DNA of 64,000 nt from an uncultured Planctomycetaceae bacterium (GTDB lineage Bacteria > Planctomycetota > Phycisphaerae > SM23-33). The position numbers and the translations under genes were made by a program. The notes under the pieces are model-generated. The model saw nothing but the letters and a program-made list of their open reading frames with translations. It did no database searches and was not told where the DNA came from. How positions within the stretch are numbered: position 1 is the stretch's first letter; the number at the start of each line of letters is the position of its first letter. Below are positions 9,534 through 19,160 of the stretch, one piece after another. Location of the stretch: contig CAZLBC010000017.1 of assembly GCA_964557575.1 (NCBI GenBank), positions 4,227-68,226 on the forward strand, read 5' to 3'.

Positions 9534-9563
9534 CCGTCGCATTCCTGGTGCGGCGGTTTTTTT
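9534..9563 (+). terminator. Intrinsic terminator of the riboswitch expression platform
   Basis: Stem CCGUCGCA/UGCGGCGG followed by 7 U; 9541-9552 is complementary to 9398-9409 (antiterminator). Confidence 0.8.
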
Positions 9564-9623
9564 ATGTCGTCGCCCGGGCCGCGGATACCCGGGCGCGTGT
9601 CGCAACGTACAGGAGAACGGACG

Positions 9624-10772
9624 ATGATGATGAAGCAGCCCGACCCCCTCACCCCCTACGGCAACCGGCCGATGGTCACGCCCATCGTGAACGCGGTCAA
9701 CTACGAGTACCTCGACTTCGACGTGCTCAAGCAGATCACCGACGGGGAGGTGGAGGGGTACACCTACCACCGGGACGACAACCCCACGGTCCGGGCCGTG
9801 GAGCGGGTCCTGGCCGGCATGGAGGACGCCGAGGACTGCGTGCTGTGCACGACGGGCATGGCCGCGTGCACGATGGTCTACCTGACTTATCTCTCGGCCG
9901 GGGACCACGTGGTGCTCTTCCACGACATCTACGGCGCGCACTACAAGGTGTCGCTCATACTCGAGCGGCTGGGCGTGGAGATCACCTGGCTCGACGCCTC
10001 CGCGGCCGACACGCTCGATGAATACGTGAAACCGAACACCCGGATGATATTCATCGAGACGCCGACCAACCCGCTGTGCAAGATGATCGACATCGCCGCG
10101 ACGCGGAAGACGGCCGACAGCGTCGGCGCCATGCTGATCGTGGACAACACCTTCGCGACCCCCCTGCATCAGAAACCGCTGCACCGGGGCGCCGACCTGG
10201 TAGTCCACAGCGCCACCAAGTGCCTCGGCGGCCACAACGACCTCATGGCGGGCGCCGTCGCCGGGTCGAAGGAGGACTACGAGAAGCTCTGGTTTACCCG
10301 CCAGGCGATCGGGACCACCCTCAGCGCGTACTCCGCGTCCCTGCTCGAGCGGGGACTGAAGACCTTCAGGCTGCGGAGCGAGAAGATCTCGCACAACGGG
10401 CAGGCCATGGCCGAATTCCTGGCCGGGCACCCGAAGATATCCAACCTCCGCTACCCCGGCCTCCCGTCCGATCCCGGCCACGAGATCGCGCGGCGGCAGA
10501 TGACCGACGGCTACGGGGGCATGCTGGCCTTCGACGTCGGCGAAACGATAGACGACGCGAAGGAATTCATCGACCGGCTGAAGGTGATCTACCACGCCGT
10601 CAGCCTCGGCGCGACCGAATCGCTGATCTGCATCCCCTACCTGACCACGATGCTCTACCTGCCCGAGGAGATGCGGACCACCTTCGGGGTCAGCCTGAAC
10701 ACCGTGCGGCTCTCGGCGGGCATCGAGGACACCGACGAGCTGATCGATGATCTCCGCCGGGCGCTGGCGTAG
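9624..10772 (+). CDS. PLP-dependent trans-sulfuration enzyme (cystathionine gamma-synthase / methionine gamma-lyase / O-acylhomoserine sulfhydrylase family)
   Basis: Y.R..NPT, ETPTNP, DNTFATP, HSATK.LGGH.D (PLP lysine), SLG..ESL and RLSAGIED motifs; AGGAGA RBS at 9611. Confidence 0.92.
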   Translation: MMMKQPDPLTPYGNRPMVTPIVNAVNYEYLDFDVLKQITDGEVEGYTYHRDDNPTVRAVERVLAGMEDAEDCVLCTTGMAACTMVYLTYLSAGDHVVLFHDIYGAHYKVSLILERLGVEITWLDASAADTLDEYVKPNTRMIFIETPTNPLCKMIDIAATRKTADSVGAMLIVDNTFATPLHQKPLHRGADLVVHSATKCLGGHNDLMAGAVAGSKEDYEKLWFTRQAIGTTLSAYSASLLERGLKTFRLRSEKISHNGQAMAEFLAGHPKISNLRYPGLPSDPGHEIARRQMTDGYGGMLAFDVGETIDDAKEFIDRLKVIYHAVSLGATESLICIPYLTTMLYLPEEMRTTFGVSLNTVRLSAGIEDTDELIDDLRRALA

Positions 10773-10776
10773 CGCC

Positions 10777-11493
10777 TCATTCGTGAATGGCATCCCAGAG
10801 GGCCGCGTCGAACGGCGCCTTGCGGTCGCGGCAGACCGCCCGGCGGCAGAGACGGCAACTCTCGAAATCCATCGCGGTCGGAAAGCGAATGCCCGAGAGC
10901 GATTTTTTCGGCAGCATCAGGCAGGAATCCGTCAACCGGACCCCGACGAGGCCCGCGACGTCGCCGAGCAGCCCGAACAGTTCCCGCTGCTGCTCGATGG
11001 GCCACAGGGAGACGTCCCCGGAACCGGGGCTCATCGAGGAACTGCCGGCGAGGCCGTATCGGCGCTCGATCAGGGATTTCAGGCCGGCGGCCGCGGATTT
11101 CAGCAGTAATTCCCGCAGCGCGTCGAGCCGGAACTGCGCGAGTATATCGCCGCTCTCCGCCCCGAACGCGTCCGCCGCGGCGCCGCAGGTGACCACGTAG
11201 GGGAAGACGCGGTTGATCCCCTCGATGTTCCGCCGCAGCGCCCGGCTCCTGAAGACCGCGCCGCCGATTTCGACCCGGTCCTCGCCCCTGTCCTCGACGT
11301 AGCAGACGCGGTAGAGGGCCCGCGGCCGGGCCGCCGCCGTGAATGCGGCCAGGACCTTTTCGAACGCCGCCTCGTCGGGAGTGCCGGCCCGTACGCCGGC
11401 CCGCTTCATCGCCGCGCCGCGGTCAAGGGAGAAAGCGATATCGTCGATCACGACAGGGCCGTCATCGTCTTGTTTCGCCTGCGATGTCATCAT
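10777..11493 (-). CDS. Stand-alone B12-dependent methionine synthase activation-domain-like protein
   Basis: SPGSG..W.IEQQRELF, VRLTDSCLMLPKKSLSG and C-terminal C..C...C motifs. Confidence 0.7.
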   Translation of the reverse strand: MMTSQAKQDDDGPVVIDDIAFSLDRGAAMKRAGVRAGTPDEAAFEKVLAAFTAAARPRALYRVCYVEDRGEDRVEIGGAVFRSRALRRNIEGINRVFPYVVTCGAAADAFGAESGDILAQFRLDALRELLLKSAAAGLKSLIERRYGLAGSSSMSPGSGDVSLWPIEQQRELFGLLGDVAGLVGVRLTDSCLMLPKKSLSGIRFPTAMDFESCRLCRRAVCRDRKAPFDAALWDAIHE

Positions 11494-11575
11494 GTCACCC
11501 GGTATTTGTTTTGGCGATCCTGCGCAATACAGCCGTTTATTTATTTGAAGATACCATCACGTCGTTGTAAAATCG

Positions 11576-12496
11576 ATGTTAAAGGCGATCATCCCGTATC
11601 GAGACATCGGCATGGTTACTTCACCATTTGAGAAATGCAGTTTTTTTCAGATCGTCCTCGCCGCTCTTCTTGCGGCCGCGACGGCCACCGCCGCCGAAAC
11701 GGAGAAGCCCGTCCTGGCGGCGGACTTCGAGAACCCGCGGGCCTGCGCCCGCTTTCTGAAGCACCCGCACCTCGAACGCGCCGCGGGCGCGGGCGTCGGC
11801 GGCTCGGCCGCGATGAAGGCCGCGTACGTCGGCTATCCCCGGGGCAGCAAGCGGATCGTCTTCCGCATCGGCCTGCCCGCGCCGCTGGCGGAGGCCACGC
11901 TCAACTACGACGTGAGGTTCGCCGAGGACTTCCAGTTCGTCCGGGGCGGCAAGCTCCACGGGCTCGGGCCGGCCAGGACCATCACCGGCGGCAAACCGAT
12001 GCGGCCGGACGGCTGGAGCGCCCGGCTGATGTTCAAACGCGGCGGCGGGGTCAACACCTACACGTACTGCCAGAACAAGTCCGGAACATACGGCACCGGC
12101 GGTAAAAGAGTGCGGCGATTCGCCTTCCGGAAGGGACGCTACCACGCGGTCTCCCTGCACGTGAAGGTCAACGACCCGGCGAAGGCCGACGGCTTTTCGC
12201 ATCTCTACATCGACGGCGAGCCGGTGGTGATACACAATGGTGTCCGGTTTCGCGCCGTCGGCGGCGACAAAACACTCATCTGCAAATTCATGTTCAGCAC
12301 ATTTCACGGCGGACACTCGCCCGCCTGGGCACCGAAGGACAAGAACGGCGGCTATGCCACGGTCTATGCCTTCTTCGACAACATAACGGTCTACCCCGGC
12401 AAGCACGTGCGAAAGGGGCCCGCAGACCGGCCGCCCCGCCGCAAAAATCCTGCGCCCGTCCTCCCCGGTTTCGCCCGCGGCCGTGGACAGAAATAA
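11576..12496 (+). CDS. Polysaccharide lyase, PL14-like jelly-roll (start may be 11612)
   Basis: L.YDVRF..DFQFVRGGKLHGL, GWSARLMF and FSTFHGG motifs; signal peptide. Confidence 0.7.
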   Translation: MLKAIIPYRDIGMVTSPFEKCSFFQIVLAALLAAATATAAETEKPVLAADFENPRACARFLKHPHLERAAGAGVGGSAAMKAAYVGYPRGSKRIVFRIGLPAPLAEATLNYDVRFAEDFQFVRGGKLHGLGPARTITGGKPMRPDGWSARLMFKRGGGVNTYTYCQNKSGTYGTGGKRVRRFAFRKGRYHAVSLHVKVNDPAKADGFSHLYIDGEPVVIHNGVRFRAVGGDKTLICKFMFSTFHGGHSPAWAPKDKNGGYATVYAFFDNITVYPGKHVRKGPADRPPRRKNPAPVLPGFARGRGQK

Positions 12497-12553
12497 AAAG
12501 TCGTGTATCCTTTTCTGCATGCCCGATCAACACGCGCCCGGAGGACCGCACCG

Positions 12554-13831
12554 ATGAAAACGCACGCGAGACTCGTTTCGTGCATCCTGTTCGTCGCCGC
12601 CGGACCGGCGGCCGCGGCGGGATCGCACGTCGACGGCCTGGTCCGCTCGCAGGAGGCGGGCTGGCCGCAGTGGCGGGGCCCCTGCCGCGACGGCATCAGC
12701 GACGAGGAAGGCCTCCTGCAGTCGTGGCCCGCCGGCGGCCCGAAACGGCTCTGGGTCGCCGGTAACATGGGCCGGGGGTACTCCTCGCCGGTCATCTCCG
12801 GCGGCCGGCTCTACATTACGGGCGATGTCGGCGGCGAACTGCTGATCATGGCCCTCGACCCGGCCGGAAAAGTCATCTGGAAAACCCCCAACGGGAAGTC
12901 CTGGACGAAAAACTTCAAGGGCGCCCGAGCCTGCTGTCTCTACCGCGCCGGCCGCCTCTACCACATGAACGCCCACGGGCGGGTGGCCTGCCTCGACGCA
13001 GCCGACGGCCGCGAAATATGGTCCGTCGAGACCCTGGATCGTTTCGACGGCACGGAGATCAGGTGGGGACACAGCGAGTGCCTGGCGAGCATGAACGACA
13101 CCATCCTGGTCTGTCCCGGCGGCCGCGGCGCCATGGCCGCCGCCCTTGATCCGGCGACCGGGAAGACCGTCCGGCAGACCCGTCCCATACCCGACGACGC
13201 CAGCTACGCCTCGCCGGTCCTCTTCACCTTCGGGGGCATGACGCACCTGGTCACCTGCTCGTCGCGGCATGCCTTCGGCGCCGACGCCGAACAGTGCCGG
13301 TTGCTCTGGACGAGCCCCCGCCCGACCAAGTACCGGGCGATCTGCTCGACCCCCACCTACTGCGGCGGCGGGCGGGTTTTCGTCGCGAGTCCCGACGGCA
13401 GGAAGTCGGAGCTGTTCCGGTTGAAGGTCTCCGGGGCGAATGTCCGGGCGGCCCCCGCCTGGCAGTGCGACCTGAACAACCTCACCGGCGGGACGATATT
13501 CCTCGACGGTTTCCTCTACGGCGCCGGATACGGCGGGAAGGACGGCTGGTTCTGTATCGACGTCGAAACCGGCAGGGCACGCTACCACCATACCGGCCTG
13601 CACGCCGGTTCGGCGGTCTACGCCGACGGACGGCTGTACTGCTTCTCGGAGCGCGGCGAGGCCGCCCTGGTCGAGCCTTCCCCGGAGCAGTTCGCCGAGA
13701 AGGGGCGGTTCCGCCTGGTCGGCGGCGGAAAGCAACGGCTCCGCGATGCCTGGGCCCACCCGGTCGTCTGCGGCGGCCGGCTCTACCTCCGCTACCACGA
13801 CCGGCTCTTCTGCTTCGACGTGAAACGGTGA
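12554..13831 (+). CDS. PQQ/BamB-like beta-propeller repeat protein
   Basis: WPQWRGP.RDG start, GYSSP and YASP repeats, WAHPVVCGGRLYLR end; GGAGGA RBS. Confidence 0.85.
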   Translation: MKTHARLVSCILFVAAGPAAAAGSHVDGLVRSQEAGWPQWRGPCRDGISDEEGLLQSWPAGGPKRLWVAGNMGRGYSSPVISGGRLYITGDVGGELLIMALDPAGKVIWKTPNGKSWTKNFKGARACCLYRAGRLYHMNAHGRVACLDAADGREIWSVETLDRFDGTEIRWGHSECLASMNDTILVCPGGRGAMAAALDPATGKTVRQTRPIPDDASYASPVLFTFGGMTHLVTCSSRHAFGADAEQCRLLWTSPRPTKYRAICSTPTYCGGGRVFVASPDGRKSELFRLKVSGANVRAAPAWQCDLNNLTGGTIFLDGFLYGAGYGGKDGWFCIDVETGRARYHHTGLHAGSAVYADGRLYCFSERGEAALVEPSPEQFAEKGRFRLVGGGKQRLRDAWAHPVVCGGRLYLRYHDRLFCFDVKR

Positions 13832-13875
13832 GGGAGGCGGGATCGAGCAGCCAAAGCGGCAGTCTTGTTCCCCCC

Positions 13876-14487
13876 TCAGAACTTCTCCGCCCAGGCACTG
13901 GCCCCCTGCATGATCATCTCCACGGAGATCGTCCCGACGAACAGCGCCGAGATCCGCCCCGTGATCTCGATGTAGCGATCGATGAGGGGTTCGTGCCGGG
14001 GACGCACGTAGTCGTGCAGGGCCTTGAGGCCGATCATGATCAGGATGGACGTCCCCAGCGCGGTAATCACCGCGGCGCACGCCTCGATGGCAACGAGCCG
14101 CTCCCCGACGATGACGCTGGCGCTGATCGTCCCCGGCCCGATAAGGACGGGCATGGCGATGGCCCCGGCGAGGTGTTGCGACTCCCCCCTGAGGATCTTG
14201 ATGGCCGTCGGCCCCCGAAAGACGAACTGGAGCCCGATGAGCAGGAACACCACGCCCCCGAATATCTGGAACGACGCGAACTCGGCGTGCATCACGCGGG
14301 AGAATATCGTGTCTCCCAGGATGGCGAAGGCCCAGAAGACCACGGTCGCTATCATGCCCGCCCGCACCAGCACGCCCGTGAATTGTTTCCGGTCGAGTTT
14401 CCGCAGCACGTCGATCAGGTACACGATCACCAGGAACGGGTTCAGGAGTACCAGTATCAGCATTACCGATCTGAAGAACTCAGTCAT
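13876..14487 (-). CDS. marC: MarC family integral membrane protein
   Basis: LNPF N-terminal motif, FQIFGGVVFLLIG, P.LIGPGTI; six hydrophobic segments. Confidence 0.85.
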   Translation of the reverse strand: MTEFFRSVMLILVLLNPFLVIVYLIDVLRKLDRKQFTGVLVRAGMIATVVFWAFAILGDTIFSRVMHAEFASFQIFGGVVFLLIGLQFVFRGPTAIKILRGESQHLAGAIAMPVLIGPGTISASVIVGERLVAIEACAAVITALGTSILIMIGLKALHDYVRPRHEPLIDRYIEITGRISALFVGTISVEMIMQGASAWAEKF

Positions 14488-14654
14488 GTTTCCTCTCGCA
14501 CATGTTCGTCATTACCGCCGCAACGGCCGGTATCATATCAGATCAGGCGCCGATGGAAAGGCGGCTACTCACTGCGGCGATGGCGCGTGTTTCGCCGGGG
14601 ACGGCCGTATGGGAGTCGGCGGGGCCGTGCCGACGGATCCCTCATCCGCGTCTC

Positions 14655-14885
14655 TCATCCGCACCGGCGGTTGTAGGCATGAATCGCCACCTCGAATGTG
14701 GCGAGGATCGGATGAGACGTGTTTTTTCGCGGAAATTCTTCCAGGTACAATTCTGTTGCCTCTCGCAGGTTTGCAAGAGCCTGCTCAATCGTTTCACCCT
14801 GGCTTGCAGTGCCGATCTCCGGACACTCGGCTACGTACAGGTCTTCTTCCTGATGTATAATCGCGGTAAAGGTCTGGTTCATCAT
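14655..14885 (-). CDS. hicB: HicB-family antitoxin, orphan, with an aberrant C-terminal tail
   Basis: YVAECPEIG..SQGETIEQALANLREA.ELYLE motif; no hicA ORF on either side. Confidence 0.8.
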   Translation of the reverse strand: MMNQTFTAIIHQEEDLYVAECPEIGTASQGETIEQALANLREATELYLEEFPRKNTSHPILATFEVAIHAYNRRCG

Positions 14886-15034
14886 CTATCTCCACGCGGA
14901 ATAATAACAAAGCCGGTTCCGCATCTACACTGCCATAGAATCGTATATATCATAAGTATTATACGGCCGTGGTGGATTTTTCATACCAATCTCTTTCCCT
15001 GAAATTCGACCACCCGAGTAACGTGACAGCCCCC

Positions 15035-16165
15035 CTACCGCGCGGTCATCTTCCTGATCAAGGCGATCTCGTCCGCCGAGTACGGCGTCCCGTCGATGCG
15101 GTAGATATCGTGGAACCAGACCATCGGCTCGGGGAATTTCTCGCCGGGCCTGACCACCGCCCCTGCCGCGCGGAGGGCGTAGACGTCCTTGCCCTTCCGC
15201 GAGCTCCACGGCCAGATCGTCCCGGTCTTCCCGGAGACGAAGCCCCAGTTGTAGGCGGCGACGCGGTGCTTCTTGAGAATCGGCAGGGACTTTTTGAAGG
15301 TGCTCCGCGGCCGGGCCATGTACTCGGTGCACATCGCCGGCCGCCCGGTCCGCTCGTACGCCTTGATGGTGAGTTCCAGCCGCCGGTCGTCGTAGCAGTG
15401 GAAGGAGATCACGTCGGAGTTGGCCCGGGCGATGTTGACGAACACGCGGCCCTTCGAGCCCTCGGCGCTGGAGCAGATCGGCTGGGAGGGCGCGACCTGC
15501 CGTGCCCACCGCCAGGCGTCCGTCAGCAGCGGGACGGATTTCTGCCCGGCCGACCGGCCGGGTTCGTTGTAGAGTTCCCACGCCAGGACGCGGCCGTCAT
15601 CGGCGAACCGGCGCATGGTTTCCTGCACGTACCCCTGCAGGCGCTTTTTCTCGGCGCCGGTGGCCTTCCCGTCGTGGTAGCGGACGAGCAGTTCGGTGGC
15701 GGGGCTCTTGACCCAGCCGGAGTTGTGGAACTCCCGCACGGGTAGCGGCTGGGTGCCGAGCTTCGGGTCGGGGCGGTGGCAGTCGTCGAAGAAGACAAAA
15801 AGGACGCGTATGCCGCGGGCCGTGCAGATGTCGAGGAAGCGATCCATCCGCCGGTAGAGGCCGTCGGCGTCCTGCCCCCAGAGCAGGTCGTGGAGGTAGA
15901 CGCGGAGAGTGTTGAACCCGAGGCCCTTCGCCCAGTCGAGTTCCTTTTCGATGGTCGCGGGGTCGAAGGTGTCCGCCTGCCACATTTCGAGCTGGTTGAT
16001 GGCGGTGGCGGGGATGTAGTTGCAGCCGACGAGCCAGGGCTGCCTGTCGTACCATGTCCGGGCCTTCTCCACCGGCCACCGGCCGGGGATGCCCTCGACC
16101 TGCGCCGGCGCGCGGGCCATGAGGGCAAGGAGCGCGAGTGGGGTGAAGGTTGTTGTTTTGTTCAT
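15035..16165 (-). CDS. Clan GH-A glycoside hydrolase (GH5-like, often annotated as 1,4-beta-xylanase)
   Basis: GCNYIPATAINQLEMWQ, FNTLRVYLH, acid/base NEP and nucleophile CTEYMAR; signal peptide. Confidence 0.85.
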   Translation of the reverse strand: MNKTTTFTPLALLALMARAPAQVEGIPGRWPVEKARTWYDRQPWLVGCNYIPATAINQLEMWQADTFDPATIEKELDWAKGLGFNTLRVYLHDLLWGQDADGLYRRMDRFLDICTARGIRVLFVFFDDCHRPDPKLGTQPLPVREFHNSGWVKSPATELLVRYHDGKATGAEKKRLQGYVQETMRRFADDGRVLAWELYNEPGRSAGQKSVPLLTDAWRWARQVAPSQPICSSAEGSKGRVFVNIARANSDVISFHCYDDRRLELTIKAYERTGRPAMCTEYMARPRSTFKKSLPILKKHRVAAYNWGFVSGKTGTIWPWSSRKGKDVYALRAAGAVVRPGEKFPEPMVWFHDIYRIDGTPYSADEIALIRKMTAR

Positions 16166-16309
16166 ATCGATTTCCTTGAAAAGGCAAGTGAATGAAAATA
16201 TTCACTTTGAATGACCGGCAAGGCTTTAATCAGTAATACGTCGCGATGTACTTGCACGATCTGCCGCACGTCAGCGCTGAAAGCTCCGAGATTCAATTCA
16301 TCGCACATA

Positions 16310-16534
16310 TCATAGTTCTGTTATTGCGGTTTTGCCCAACAGCACCACCAAGCATTTTTTGCCAAGAGCCGACAGCTCGCGTGGACTCGTTGCGACGGAG
16401 GGTGAGAAGATTGCCACCCTAGTTTCCACCCCAGCATCTGGCCCTGTTCCTCCCGGCGTTTTCACCGACATTCTCACCGATGTCCATGGGGCGCCAACAG
16501 GCGTTGCACTGAGGGTCACTGTACGCCAGTTCAT
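16310..16534 (-). pseudogene. Possible remnant of a gene start (HsdS-like MNWRTVTL...), degenerate after the first few codons
   Basis: ATGA overlap with the stop of the upstream gene; position after hsdM and an ATPase gene fits hsdS; the rest of the ORF is not recognisable. Confidence 0.3.
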
Positions 16535-17955
16535 GACGACCTTTCATGCTTTTCGTCCAAAAAAGCGCGGCCCTTGGGTGTTAGCCGGTACTTCTGTTTA
16601 CTGCTACGGGGCTTATCGGGAATTGTCATCTCGATGAATCCCGCATCGAGGGCAGGAACTAGGTATGCCGCGCGGAAGTGATCTTCATGCTTGAGTCCGA
16701 GAGCGTCCTGGATAGCCTGTCGTTTCATAGCTCCTTGCAGCACATCCAGAAGCCGAGCAACTTCCCCGGTGACTTCCCCGGTGACTTCCCCGGTAACTTG
16801 TGCGGTAACTTGTCCGGTCGCCTCACGATTTCCGGAGACGGTCTTCAGGTACTCCTCTGGAAACGCGAATTCGAGCCAAATCCCCTCCGCTTCACAGCGC
16901 ACTTTCGGCTTCGCATTTCCGGCCGCTTCGCAGGCCTCCACGATCCGCTCGTAACCGTCTCCCCAGGCCTCGATCATCCCGGCGCGGAAAAAGGCGTTGG
17001 CCACGTCCGGGTTGGCGGGGAGAGAGGGGTGCTTCCTGAACAGCCGGGCGGGGCTCAGTTCGGGCGGCAACTGTCCGGGATTCCAGAGCATGATCCTGTC
17101 GCGGTAGACGCTGATCTGGATCGGGGTGCCGGAAGCGTAGTCCTTGTGCACCGCCGCATTGTGGACCGCTTCGCGCAGCGCGACTTCGGGAACGGGGTAC
17201 GTCTCGACCCGCTGCCTTCCCCGGAAGTCGATCGCGGCGGCGGTGTACTTGGTGAGCAGCAGGTCCATGGTACCGTCCACCTGTGTGAACAGGTCCCCGT
17301 GGACTTCGTCCTGGTAGCGGATATCGCCGGGGCCGGCGAAAAAGCCGATCTTGATGTACGCGCCGGTGACGAACTCTTCCGGGTCGGAATGGAAAAGCAG
17401 CGCAGCGGCGCGCTTGAGCAAGCGCCCCTCCCGAAGCTTCAGCTTGTCGATCAACGCGGTATCACCGACCTTCAGATCCGCGGAGCGCATCCGCTTGCTG
17501 TCGGCTGCGCGTTTACGGAAGTCGGCAAGGGTCCGTCGGTTCAGTCCGCTGACCTTCAAGTGTGGAACCGGCACGCCATCCCAGTGCTTGCCCTGCTTTC
17601 CGAGGAGGAACCGGTCAAGTGCCGCGCCCTTGAGTTCCTGTGTGGTGCTGCCGCTGCGCTGGTAGTAGCGGCCGTGGTAACTGACGGGGTGTGGATACGC
17701 ATCGACCACGATCTCCACCGTCTTCCTGCCGGCCGACTTCCTGAGCCTCACCGCCGGCATGATCCCCAGCAGGTCGCGAATCTTGTTGGGCAGTTCCTGC
17801 ATGAGGCGGTCGGCATTCGACACGCCAACTACCAGCCCCTTGTCATCCTTGCCGATAACAAGGCGTCCGCCTTCAGCGTTGGCGAATCCGCACAGCACCT
17901 TAAGGTATTCGTCCCGCCAGGTTTCTTTCCACTCTATGTTCTGGTCTTCCGCCAT
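16531..17955 (-). CDS. AlbA_2 (Schlafen-like) + RecG-C/HATPase_c_4 + C-terminal winged-helix protein
   Basis: EDQNIEWK and LCGFANAEGG.LVIG, ALREAVHNAAVHKDY, P.NP..AN.FFRAG.IE.WG.G, MTIPDKPRSSKQKYRLT; AAAGGA RBS. Confidence 0.85.
   Translation of the reverse strand: MAEDQNIEWKETWRDEYLKVLCGFANAEGGRLVIGKDDKGLVVGVSNADRLMQELPNKIRDLLGIMPAVRLRKSAGRKTVEIVVDAYPHPVSYHGRYYQRSGSTTQELKGAALDRFLLGKQGKHWDGVPVPHLKVSGLNRRTLADFRKRAADSKRMRSADLKVGDTALIDKLKLREGRLLKRAAALLFHSDPEEFVTGAYIKIGFFAGPGDIRYQDEVHGDLFTQVDGTMDLLLTKYTAAAIDFRGRQRVETYPVPEVALREAVHNAAVHKDYASGTPIQISVYRDRIMLWNPGQLPPELSPARLFRKHPSLPANPDVANAFFRAGMIEAWGDGYERIVEACEAAGNAKPKVRCEAEGIWLEFAFPEEYLKTVSGNREATGQVTAQVTGEVTGEVTGEVARLLDVLQGAMKRQAIQDALGLKHEDHFRAAYLVPALDAGFIEMTIPDKPRSSKQKYRLTPKGRAFLDEKHERSS
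16760..16819. repeat. Five 12-bp tandem units inside the CDS, encoding T(G/A)(Q/E)V repeats
   Basis: acttccccggtg x2, acttccccggta, acttgtgcggta, acttgtccggtc. Confidence 0.9.
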
Positions 17956-17959
17956 TAAC

Positions 17960-18316
17960 TCAGTTTCCTTTGGCAACCACCCCGTCGAGCATTTCCACGA
18001 GCGCATCCATCTCGGTCCGGAAGTCGCCGCCGTCCGCCTCGAACTCGGCCCACAACTCCTTCAGTTCCATTGCGTCGCCGTCGCCGCCGGGCCGCCCGTT
18101 CCGCTTCACCTACCGCGGGATCGAGAGATTCGCGTCGTTTTTCAATACATCCTCCACCGCGTCGGCGGTCTCCTCGTCCCACACGTCACAGATGCGATTG
18201 AGGAACAAAAGCGGGAGGATGTACCCCTTCCAGTCGGTCCGATCCACGGCCGAACCGCGCAGGATATTGGCGGCTTCCCAGAGAGTCGATTTTAGGTCCT
18301 TGTTACTCGTCGTCAT
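17960..18316 (-). pseudogene. hsdM: Type I RM HsdM pseudogene: N-terminal helices fused in frame to the C-terminal tail, catalytic domain deleted, internal TAG
   Basis: LKSTLWEAANILRGSAVDRTDWKGYILPLLFL.RICDVWDEE joined directly to VEDVLKNDANLSIPR*VK...EMDALVEMLDGVVAKGN*; TAG at 18110-18112 where Tyr is expected. Confidence 0.8.
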
Positions 18317-18405
18317 TCGGCTATAGACTACCCGCGATAATCAGAATGAGCTCAATAATACCGGCAGCAATTTTACATATCAAAAGCCTTTTCCGGATTT
18401 TACCC

Positions 18406-19103
18406 TCACCCCACCGCCAGAATCTCCTCGGCGGCCCGCGCGGCGCCGTCCTCCCCGGCGATCGCTTCGCGCACCGCCGCGGCGCGGGTCTCCGCCTCCC
18501 CCGCCAGGACCCCCGCCAGTGCCCGCGTCATCGCGCCCCGCCGCGCCCGCAGCCGCGGAACCACCCGCGCGACCCCGAGGACCCGCAGGCGGGGCGGAGC
18601 AGGCCGTCGGCCAGGCGGGACAACAGGGGAAACACCGCCCGATACAGCAGCCGGAGCGGGCGGGGGTGAAAGGAGAGGTCCCGGCGGGAGAACAACGACG
18701 TCGGGGACAGGTGGATCACCGCCGCGGGCACCCCGGCGCGGGCCGCCGCCCAGGCGCTGCCCGGGCAGAGGGGGTGGGAGACCACGACCGACGGCCGCTC
18801 TTCCGCGATCGCCCGGCGGGTCTCCTCGCAGAGCAGCGGGATCAGGGGGATAAACAGCTCCCGGAGTACCAGGGCCGGGCCGCGGACCGACATGTACTGC
18901 GGCCGGCGGCGGAGGACGTCGGGGATCTCCATCGGGTCGCCGAGGCTGCGTGCCGCGAGGCCCGCCGCCGCGACCTGCCCGGCGACGGCGGCATTGACGA
19001 TCAGGACCGGGCGGGCGCCGCGGGCGGCCAGGGCCCTGCCGACGGCGATGAAGGGGTTGATGTCCCCGGCGGAACCGAACGTGGCCATGAGGATCGTCTG
19101 CAT
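18406..19103 (-). pseudogene. GT-B glycosyltransferase (GT1/GT28-N type) pseudogene with internal deletion and frameshift
   Basis: N-terminal TFGSAGDINPFIAVGRAL motif; C-terminal REAIAGEDGAARAAEEI helix in another frame; sugar-nucleotide-binding region missing. Confidence 0.7.
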
Positions 19104-19160
19104 ACGTTCTGGGGGGCGACGGGCTATGCGGCTTACGTCCCTGGATGTGCTATACCATGG

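Noticed and set aside
12554-13831. Calling the PQQ-repeat proteins quinoprotein dehydrogenases
   Set aside because: Only the propeller repeat is evident; there are no pqq biosynthesis genes or dehydrogenase catalytic motifs in the window
16760-16819. Tandem repeat considered as a CRISPR array
   Set aside because: Contiguous 12-bp units without spacers, inside a CDS, and no cas genes
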